Below, one piece after another: positions 22,101 to 34,100 of a DNA stretch of 41,207 nt. The stretch is from Nemertoderma westbladi (Eukaryota; Animalia; Xenacoelomorpha). Both the position numbers and the translations under genes were made by a program. The DNA is taken from assembly GCA_032718475.1 (NCBI GenBank), contig JAUCBJ010000036.1, positions 1 to 41,207 of the forward strand, given 5' to 3'. Below the pieces are notes generated by a model. It searched no databases. It was not told where the DNA came from and was given only the letters and a program-made list of their open reading frames with translations. Position 1 is the stretch's first letter; each line of letters starts with the position of its first letter.

Positions 22101-25100
22101 AGAAAGAAATGTTCTCCGATAGAGAACAGTCTCGGAAATAAGTACTTTTTGTCACTAATTTTTATTTACCAAATTCAATTATGCTGCCTAATTATGCTTT
22201 TAGGTTTTGCAGGAATTGCACCTAAAAGGCCATCGAATGCAAAATTCAATACACGAGGGCAGAACATCTGAATTTCGGTTAAATTAAATTAGTGTCAAGA
22301 AGTTATTTCTGACACGTTTTTTTTTATCAACAACTATTTTATCTACAACAAATTTATCCTTTTTTTTATCTATTAGGGCTTATATTTATAAAACTCGTTT
22401 CCGGTAAAAAAAATTAATTTCGCACTACCATATCTCCACGCCATACATTTATTTACTATGAACAGTATTTCCAGTATGTCACCACGTCATTATTTGGTTG
22501 TTCCAGAAAGTTTAAGAGCATTACTACAAATAATTCCCCACAAATAAATTAAATTAAATTATCCATTGTTCATAGCATTTTAAAGTTTTACTGCCCAAGT
22601 TTTATTATTTCCCTGCCATCAGGTCTCGAACTAATAACACAGCATCTGTCAGTCGACTGAGCTAGAATTTTGCAGCACTTTCTATCAGATATTTAGGGAT
22701 AGAAAGTAGTCGAAAGATGCACTTTCTTGCTCTGTTTTCTATAAATTTTAGTGAGAAAAAATGTGGACTTTTCAGATAAAAATATTTTCTTCACAAGAAT
22801 GACTCGCTGAGGATAAATGGCCCGTATTTTCGGCTGGCCCTAAGGCACGTGCCTTATATGCCTTAAGGTTAATCCGGCACTGACAGTAGTTAGGCCTACA
22901 TATTATTTTATTTGTTAGATATGTTATTATTGTTAGATATGATATATTGAGTTTACAATTTAAGGAAAAAAGTGCATTCATCGAAATGTGAGATGGCGAT
23001 ATATTTGGTTTAATTGTCAGCGAAATTTCTATTTTATTTAAAGCAGGTATATGCTACAATAAGGAAATAATTATAAAGGTATTGTATTTACCGTGATGAT
23101 GGAACACCCCCTTATAGTCAATAGCATAGGACGTATTCATTGCACCGGCGGTAGGGGGCGTAATATCGAATAATTCGTGGACGCTGCTTCGGGGGCTGAA
23201 ATGAGACATATCATCGGGGACGAGTTCAGTATTTGGCCACAAGGGGGCGCATGCACCGATAGGGGGCGAGTGCTCCAACTTTGACGATCTGTATCCCCAA
23301 CTCTAAAACGAAAGTGTTTGAATTTCTGTATAATTGGATATTAACTGTGACTATAGTGCGACCTTTATGATTCAACTTTGGGCATTTTTTTATGGAAGGG
23401 TGTGGGTAAAATTATTTTTCATAAAATATTGTTTGACTCACAATGATATAAACCTCTGTTTATTGGAACTGCATGGCTGAATGTTTGCAATGTGCCCTTG
23501 GTCTCAAACTCAAACGGCCTTCACCTGGCTCTTGAAATGGTTGAATCCGTAACCTTGAAATCCCATCGCTCCGCGGATCTCTCGTGGGTTCGATCCCCAC
23601 CCGTGGACCATGTTAGTTTTCGTTTCGGCACGAATACTGTAAAGGGACTAACCACAACCAGGGTGCATCTCTGCTTTGAGTACAGTTACCTGTAACTGTG
23701 TACTCAAGTTATTGAGTATAGACCGCACTAGAACTATATGTCCTCATAATATTATGTGCGTAATCCCTTGAGTAACGGCCGAGGATAACTTTTACTTTGC
23801 CGATGTTCGATGCCATCATAAGAAGGATCTCGATAAAACTGCCGCAAGTAATATATTCATAATAAATCGCGTCTATACATAATTTGTACCTAAATTTATG
23901 CCACAGTGCAACAATGTAATAGCCTCTAATCTAGTGGCCTGGTCCATTGTCCGATTATACATGAGCTTATACCCCGACTGTTCAACCAGTGTTTTAGTGA
24001 GCCATCTGGTTTCATTTCAGGCCATAACCTCCATATTATTTATACAATTAGGATATTTAACCCATAGAAATAAGGAACACTAATAAGTATTCATGCCGAC
24101 ATAACCACATACAGAGGTATCGAATTTGTTCTTATATTTGATAGATAATATGAAACGATGTGCAAAAGAAACCTTGTAAGGAGTTAATCAAGTCGATACA
24201 TACAAGTGTATTATATTAATTAGGGTTGACTTAATTAGAAATATAATCTTTATACCAAAATGATATACAGTTGAAAGTAAGAAAGGCCATTAATGGCCTC
24301 TTTTGGGAAGCCTTATATTGTAGTAGACGCATGAGGTCTCACGTCTGAGACATTCGTAAAGTTTAACTTCGAGCTGCTGCGATCCGACTGATGAAAGAGA
24401 GAGATTTCAAACCTACACTTTGATCTCTTGTTCTAAGCGTAAAAGTTCAATTTGTTAACTTGGAATTTTATATTTTACAAAAACACACATTGAACATTTA
24501 ATACTTAATTATTAATGGTTCAAAAGTTAAATAAACTTTCAGTATCAGGATAACTTACTATGAATGAATATTATTCTTAGTGATAATTAATTTTAATTAA
24601 ATCAGTTTCGAAAGCAAAAAATTTGTTCAAACCTTGCGAGCAAGATGAATAACAAAGTTCGCATTATTACATCTCATACTTTTTCATAATTAAAATATAA
24701 TTATTACTAAAAGTTCAACAAGCATTGAAGCAAAATCGCATCAATATTTTATAGTTTGTATATTTCAAGTAAATATACATAATTACATTAATAATAATTA
24801 ATAAAGACTGAATATATATATAGACCTAACTAGACCGGTATAGCATTCATTCACATACCTCGTCAGGTAGTCTGTTTGTTTGGATTGATTGACATTCTGA
24901 TTGGGAATTTCCATGGAGACACGGCTTCTGTTCTACAGCTACGTCCAATCCGTACAGATCGTTGGCTATTTCCATGTCTTGCGGAGACGCCCCCAGACTA
25001 TTGTAACCGGAATCTGTTGCCACGACCTCCATATTAAATGAGGCGTAAATGTCTTGTGAATGTAAAGTCTTTAATGATTGGGATACTTGATATGCTCCTA

Positions 25101-28100
25101 TCAAATTATACAATGTTCCATTTAAATAATGGAGCGCCGCATGTTACTTCGGTTCGTGAGAGGCTATTTACACGAACGAGCGAAGCAAAAGGGGTTAAAT
25201 TTAAAACAAGACTACTTTCAGTTAAATACCAGGTGCTATATTTTACTCCATGTGTTACTGTACATTTATTGATTTTCATGATTTTCTCACCATTCTCCTG
25301 TCTGAAATGCTTAGGTTGTTAATTCAACCAGCTATTTTGGTATTCGAATAGTTAAATTCCATACTTAACCAAGTGCCACAAGTAAAAGTCCAGTTTGTAA
25401 GTTATAGCTTATATGGAAATTTAATTAAAAAAAATTAAATGATTGAAGTAATTCATGACTAATCATCACATAGAAAATACTTACCATGTCTGAACTCAGT
25501 ACTTGTGTTGCTATGGTAACATTGACCGAAGGTTGATTCCGATTTAACATTGACTCCATTGGGGCAATGTGCTGGTGTTACCCTGGAGTTGTATTCTAGA
25601 ACTCTAGATTCCATTACGTCCTTTCGCAGCACGTCCATATGCTCCCATAGGATGTCTCCCATGTACGGTGGAGCTAGGGACAGGAAATCCTCTTTGTCTA
25701 ATGAGCAGAGCTGGTTACCAGTCAGACGGAAGTTACGTATGGAAACCCCTTGCAGATTGTATTCGGAGACAGTCCAATGTAGCCATTCTCCAACCTGGTG
25801 TACAGACCAGTCCATTGGGTCTATTAAATATAATATTATAATAATAACAGGGTGTGAAAAGTTGTTAAAAAATTAAATAAATTTAATGCATTTTATTTTT
25901 AAGATCTTAATTAAATAAATTCCCCATTCCCCTTGATTACATTCTAAGAGTCCGGATTGAATACATTTAACCCAAAGTTGGTAACAACTGACTTCATTTT
26001 TTATAGAATTTAGTCCAAACGGCTTCATAGTTAAAAAAGTAACAGTCCCTTGATATTAATTTGGTTGTTTTAACTTTCTCAGTTTTTTGTAAGAGACTGT
26101 AGTTATTCCCTTGAGTTTCAAGTTTAATATAATAATAATATATATACAGTATAATTGTAGCAATAATAATATAAAATAAATTAAAAGAAATTGAAAAAAA
26201 ATAAATTGAAATAATAATCCTTGTTTTTTGTTAATCGTAACGTTCAATAATACAGTATTTTTATAAATTGATTTATTTAACAAGATAAAATTAAAATGTG
26301 GAAGCTGGCCACATTCAGGAACCACCACATTGTGGACGCCTACAGATTAAATACAGTAGTATGTTATTATTACAAGAATTATTATATTACAATATGATCT
26401 CATACAGTAGATGGATAGAAATCATATTGAGTATTTTAAATGGAAAATACGGAATGAAGTGAATAATATTACCATTTTATGAAAGTAAATGTAAAAGTTA
26501 CAAGTTAAAGTGACATTGATTTCTACTAACCGCTGTAGACCAACAATTATTGCTTTGCAGTGCAGACACGTTAACTACTGTACATATAACAAAACTGTTG
26601 TTTGTACAGTAAAGTAGTAGGCCTATGTATACGACAGCTTATTAACCACAGTTTATAATGTGCATTGTGCACCCTGTCCTAATGTAATCAGCATGCTTAT
26701 GTTTAGTGTGTTGGGGTGTCTGTGAGACTAAACAAAGTCATCCATCTCCGTTCACTTAACTAAATAAATTGATATTTTAGGCAGGGAAATACAGTAGTTG
26801 AACAAGACATAAAGAAAAAATGATACATTGGAAACAAATCGATGTTGAACTCTTATTAATAAATGGCATGAGAGTGTGTTTGTAAGGTCATCAACCTTTG
26901 ACATTATTAAAGATTAACGACTTTAGGTTTTATTTTATCTGAAAAAGTAAATTACCGCTTAACAACAACAAATTGGTCATATTCTACAGTATATACTGTA
27001 TGTTAGGAAATTGAGGTTAGAGAATATTATATTGACATTTACTGCGTTTATAAATGCGTAGCCTACTGTACATGTGAACAATGCCAGGTTTTAACTTTTA
27101 GGTCAAAATAATATTGAAATTATACATATGAAGAATTATTATTGAATTTATTAAGTTTTATTGCGCTTATTTCTATCTTATAAGCTGTTAAGATACTAAT
27201 TGGTTTATTGTTTTGATTAGATTGAGCCTTTTTGCAACCCACAGTAGGACCAGCAGGGCAGCATACTGTCAAGTTCTTTCTGTGTGTGTCTTTCACACAA
27301 TGTGACTTTGAACACCGAAAAAATTTATTAGTGATATTTTTCATAATCTGACAATTAAAAGAAGTCTGTTTAGATTTTAATCAAGTGGGGAATAATATGA
27401 GTAAGAAACTAAAATATAACTAGAAACTAAAATATGTTTGCAGTCCTGATGTTTCTGGTGATGTGGGGCGAGCCACGAAGTGAGCGACGCCTTTGCATAT
27501 GGGTTCCATTGGCGAGTTGTCTGTCGTCGTCGTCTGTCGTCGTAAATTTTTGATCGCTAATAACTCGGTTATTCCTTGATGAAATTAAACGAAACTTGGT
27601 ATGTATGTAGTCCGTCAAAAGTTTAGAAAGAATCTGAAGTTTCGTCAAAAACGAACGAACGCAACGAGGTACAAGAGGACGACGAGTATTGTGTTGAAGA
27701 CTTCTGACTAACGGCAGACAACTCGTTAATGGTACACATATGCTAAAGGCTTTGCTCACTTCGTGCTGCGGGAAGGCCCCACGAACGTGTGTTTACTCTA
27801 CATGAAACATGTTACTTACAACGTGGCATTCTATTTGATTTAATTCATTAGACTTGCCCAGAATTTACTTTAAAATAAATAGTTAAGTAATTATTACTGT
27901 ATTCCCGTATACCAATTGATCTTTAATCAGTTGTCTAGTTGTCACGTATACGCAGTCTGGTCTGCCTACCTACACTGTACAGTAATGTTCTGTAAATATA
28001 ATAGGCCTACACGAACATAGGACTACACTTAATATAATACAAATGATGTTATTTAAATTGGTTGGTGAATGTTGATTGTCAGTTTATGTAAGATGATAAT

Positions 28101-31100
28101 TAAACCGTGAGATTTTTACTTAACTGTAAATAACTAAGTGCAGTCAGGTAAGCCTACTGTACTGTATAGCGATTAGAATTAAGGTTTATTTAGCCTGAAC
28201 GTGGGAGGGCTAGTCTGTGTGGTACCGTGGGAATGTTGGTGAATGTTTGGCAAGCGTATGTTAACCGCAACTTGGGCGACTTTTTACGGAGTTTATTTTA
28301 CTGACTTTTACTAAATTGATTAATTTTTACACACAGTAACTACAGCGTAGTTCTGTAACTCACAATATTTTCAAATATTTTCAAAACCAAAATAACTTCC
28401 AGTTGAAAGATTTAAACAAGAAATTTCAAAATTCCCTATTTTTTCAAAATTTCCTATTTAATTTTCAGTTCAAACCAAAATTTTACAGTTTAAAAACAAA
28501 GTTAATACAATTAATTAATCGACATAGAACAACCCTACCATAAACCGTTAATTAACTTCTATACATGTGAATTTCAAACTTTAAACAACGTAGTAGTAGT
28601 TTAACGTTGCCATTACGAGCAGAAAAGAAGATACAATTTAGTCTCGTGGGGGAAAAGAGTGATGTCATTTATTTTAATTCTATTTTTATCGCCGGTGTTT
28701 TGTTTAAATTGTTCCCGCGCGTTTTCTATTTATCCTGTCATGATAATATGACTCATGATAAAAAGTCATATCTTTTGAAGATTTTAACCATTTTCAACCA
28801 AATTTAGTATGGGCAAACTAGAGAAAAAGGTTCCAATATTTTTGAAAGTTACGGGCAAATACCTCTCGAACTTTTGATTCCAGATCAAATCGAACTTGTT
28901 TCGAACTTGCTCAAGTTAGCGTGCTGCGCGACGCCCCATGAGACCACAGGTATTATACAGTAAGACTACATACAGTACTGTATTATACTACAATCAACTA
29001 CTGTATCTAATATTAATGTAACAAAAACAACGACAGTAATTTACTTATGATTTGGATGTTGGAGATAAACTTTTTTTTACTTACGCCCAACTTGTGCCAC
29101 AATCTGACAATCAAACTGCACACACAACTACGGTACCCCTAATAATAAATTAATTTGAATTTTCAAGTTAGGGGGATTTCGGGGAACGTTTGAAGTTCCA
29201 TCGGGAATTCACATTGTATATTATTTGAAAGAATATAATATATGGTGTCTATTGTATACAATACTATCATATTTTTTATACCCCCCCCCCCCCCCCCCAC
29301 CCACCCACACAGCCAAACCACTATATACGAACTACAGAAACCAATGTACTAAATAGAGACAGACACATTGACGCTGTTTCCAATGTTACAGGCCAATCCA
29401 TTAATGGACAATAAATCTTTGATCTGAAACCGCGGGTCACAAAATTGATTGGCAAAATATTCGATTAAAAATTAATTAAACACCATAAGAACGCCGCCGT
29501 TTACTTAACCACACAACTAACAGGTCCGTGTGTCTGACAGTCAGCAGCAAATTTCCTGAATTATGGCAATGGTGACAAACCTACAGTATGTAGGCACAAT
29601 TTAGACCATTAGGTACCAACTACTGTATTGTAGATCATAAAAAATGTGTTTTACTGAATTTATAGCCATACGGACTAGACTAATTTATGACAAGTTATAA
29701 TAATATAGTCGCATTTATCAAAGCGTAATCGTATAACGATAATCATAATCTCTCTGGTAGCGGTGTGTATTCTATTCACTTGGGAAACAACAGACTGCAA
29801 CCAAAGTACTTCAGCTCATACGATAATTTATTATTATTTAGATATAACAGTACGAATATATTATCTTATTGATACCGGATGAAAATTGAAACAACGTTAA
29901 TTTTGACTCCCTCTTTGAATTTGTAATTTACTTGCGAGTTGTTTTGTATTTATATCTACATATAAATGCAACGGTTTAATCTGCGTTGTAACAGATTATA
30001 GCTAATCTATATAGTCTGTATGTATAAGTATAATCTGGTTTGGGACTGGTTACCACAGTAACCAGAGCACGTAAATTTATTTTCAAGTATGTACAATTTT
30101 TTATTCCAAAATTGTAACATTACTCAACGCCGTTAGTATTAACAGCGAGTTGATATTTAGGACTTTATACAACTTTAGAGGACATTACAGCATTGTATTG
30201 GCCTGTACATTTAGTATTGTATTTGGTGTTATTGTTTACGTGGTAACCCATGACGGCGTTAAGTAATATCCACTAAGGAGACATTACTTAACGCCGTCAT
30301 TGGTTACCACGTAAACTATGGGTGGAAATTTGCCTGACAGCCAGATAGGCCTATTGCATTACCTACCGGTAGGCGGGGTATAGCTATTAATAACCAGTAG
30401 GGCCTAGCTATATTATTATAACATGGCTCCAAACGCCATCATAAATATAAGCTAACTTATTTAGAACATAATTTATGTCATTTTTGCATTTATTTATACA
30501 GCAACTAATATAATTTTAGCCATTTCTATCACTTATAATGTATATGTACAATCATTTCGTAATGTTATAATTTTGGTATAAAACTACATACATGGGACTT
30601 GTTGCAAAGTACCTTACAGTGTTCTGATCCTCGTGGCTTTATTTTCACTCACTCACTAACGTTCGTTCGTGTAACAAAACCACTCGGATCATCACACTGT
30701 AAAGTGATACTTTACACACAAGTAAGTAAATAGTTATTATTCACTGATTTTGAGGAAGTAAACATAGAATAGAAATTGAGACATATTAAACAATATATCA
30801 TTATTATTATACTGTAATAACATAAATTCCCTTTCGCTGTAGTTAGTTAATAATAAATAGGCTAGTATGGCATTTACAGCTTGGTTATACAATACATTAC
30901 ACCATTCAAACAACTTCGCGTAGTAATGGTTTATTAATCCGGAACATGGCTCAAAGCAACAAACATTCCATTGGTTTGACGCAACCGTTTTTTGCTTTTG
31001 TGCCGGCTTGACGACAAAATTGCGGCGCCACAACTCACCCATACCACAATACCATAATACCATACCAGAATAATACAGGACCATGTCAGAATAACACTAA

Positions 31101-34100
31101 CGGACTAATGTCCTGGAATTATCAGTTAGTTAGTTTTTAATTTATGCAATTATAAATTTCTACAATATTAAATAAATAAATTTTAAACTAAATTAAATTA
31201 AATGTTTTGTATTTATGTTTAATAATTATTAATTATTATTTATTAATGTTCTTCAAGTATGTCGAAGAGGCCGCTATTGTTAGTGGAGTCTACAGTTCCT
31301 AGGATCGAGGCCGAGTTGCCGATTAGGATGGCTATCAGGAGTCTTTGCAGCAGGAATCGATGAGACCGGGGTTCCTGTGTTGCTTGTCCCTTGTGAGAGT
31401 TAGTTAGTTTATTGACATAAAGTTAGATTGTAAATAAATGAGATAAACAATTATTAACCAGCACAACACCACTTTACGTCCTGATATTAATATTATACAC
31501 GTTATACATAATCATCCAAATATTTCCTACTCTAATTTAATAAAATAAACATTTAAATATAATTAGCACAAGATTATTTTAATTGAGACATTACTAATGC
31601 TTCAGTACTAATACTAATGTATTAATGCTATCAATCGAATAATTTTAGAACCTCGTATACAAACCTCGTATACAAATAAACACATATCTTGGATATGGTT
31701 GGTACTAAACAAGCTATGTATATTTGAAAAATCTATATCAACGAATTTCTCGCGTATTGGCCTCGATTTAGGACAGCTTATTAGCACATGTTCCTCATCT
31801 TGGACGAAACCTCCATCGCAATCACAAAGTCGTCTCTCATGCGGTATTCTGGACCATCTACCCTTTTCAACTAGGAGATTATGCGACATTAATCGTACGC
31901 GCGTAAACGAAACCCTTATATAGTCTCGAATATATATTTTTTTCGAGTGCGTGTAGGTGTAGATAGGATGTAAGGATAGCGCGCTATTAAGGATGCTACG
32001 ATATGTCAGGTATTTTGTGGCAGAGTCAGGTTTTTTTTAAAGGACTCGATCGGCGATAACTGAGGACGATGGATTGCAATTTAATGCATCTATAAGGATC
32101 CTATAACCGGGTGTATTAGCTTTTGAGCATATATCCAAAGCCATATGAAATGGTATATTTTTATCACTATTTTTAAAAATTCATCTTAAAAACTTTCTCC
32201 TACGATCAACTACACGATCAAGAAGTGACCTCATACCCAGCTCAGTTAAGCAGAGATCCAAAGGCGTTTGCGTTCGAACCCCAATCAGAGTTTTCACCAT
32301 ACGGGAATAGAAACTCTCAATTGCTTTAATATTCTTAGTAGTCCAGCCCTCGGAGGCATAGGCCGATACGACAGCAGCTTCAAACACCTGTTTTTTGAAA
32401 ACGACCGGAATCGAGCTATTAATAGCACAGAACACCGAAAATTTATTCGCAGCAGTCTCTTCACAGCGGTCACTGTGAATTTTAAGGACTGAATTAAGTT
32501 TACCGTCCTCTGTAAACATGGTATAAAATGCTTACTTACTATGCGGGTTACATGTTTTTTAAATTATCATAACTAGCTAGTAGCCTACTGTATATGACTG
32601 ACTGACTACTAAACTCACCCGGTGGAATTCCCAAACGAAGTCTCTCCCTATGGAATTGTTTGAATGACGCGCGAATAGAATTGTTAACCACGGTGCCGGG
32701 TGTCATTGGGGATGTTTGGTAACCTGTAGACAAGGACGGGAGGTAACCAGGCAACGAGGTAATCTGCTGAGTCATCCCGGTTAGTGCGCAGAGTGCAGAT
32801 TCACCAGCTGTATAAGAAATAAATATATAAATAATATCATTTAATTAATAGCTGACTTAAACTAATAGTAAATTATTATTTGAGCATCGAAAATTATGTT
32901 GTTAATTTTTGTTGGATGATACACTTTTGAAATTACATTTACACTTGTTGACACAAAATTGTATGTATATACCAGCTAATCCCACTTATTATAAGTAGCA
33001 TTAGGTGCTCCTCGTATTAGACAACCCTCCCCCCCCCCCCCCCCACACACACACCCCCGTACACCCCGATCGAGGTACCTTAATTTAGACCCCCTTAAAG
33101 AAATTATCTACTTACAAACTAATTTAATAAATAATAACTAATTAATTCAGTCTAGACTCCTATTGTATATACACGGATTAATTCTAAGGAATTTAATACA
33201 TCAGACACAAAATTACAACAATGATCCCTCATATATTATAATAACAAGACAATGCCACATTATTATTAATAAGGTGATTAGTGTTGAGTACAATACAATA
33301 AAATACAACTTTACATAAAGTAAATACAGTAATAATGGTGATGGCCGCTGGTGAAGGCTGAGCCAAAATTATAGAAACAAATAATTCGGTACTATAGTAC
33401 TGTAGGTCTGTAAATCAAATGTAGTTTGCGGTTATTACTAAACACCGCTAATTAATTAATTGTCTAGTATGACATGGATAAAATTAATTTATTCTGCCTA
33501 AAAATAGCGAGAAAATATTAACTTATTCTCCCTAAAAATAGCGAGATACAGTATATTTGCGCAAAATATTTTTATGGTGAGAAAATATGGTGAGACAATA
33601 TATATTATAGCTACTGTATGTTGGAATAAGAGTTTCATAAGTGTCACATATTCAAGTGTTTCAAATTTCCCTCCACCACACTAGTTTATGAATATATGCT
33701 GGTATTAGTAAGGCTAACATATTCATAAATGAATGCGGAAATCTATAGATATCAAGTAGTATTTCAACCCGGGGGTCACCAGTTCGATCCCACCTGGACG
33801 ACATTACCGAACTGCTATATAAGCTGCCCCCAACGAAAATTGTAATAATAGGAAAGTACTCATTCACCCACAAAACCAATAATAATTACTTTGTTATATT
33901 ATGTCAACTTAACAGCGTTCTGGTGAATTACTCGTAACGCTGCAAAGTAATCAATGACATGGAAATAACTTAAATTACCGTATTCCAGAATGTATTATTT
34001 CCATTTATATTAATGTGTGCTTCTTTATTCAATAAAGCAGCACGTCACGTGAATAATGCGTGCGTCCAGTTTGAAGTGAGGGGACTAGCTACTGTATGTA

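Noticed and set aside
23455-23563. Possible extra Ets exon (ag|GTT...GAG|gt on the minus strand)
   Set aside because: All three frames contain stops, and exons 4 and 5 already join in phase.
28060-29140. Weak inverted similarity between ~28226-28280 and ~29085-29137, and tagtctcgtgggg/ccccatgagacca at ~28638/28935
   Set aside because: Probably old repeat remnants, too degenerate to define boundaries by eye.
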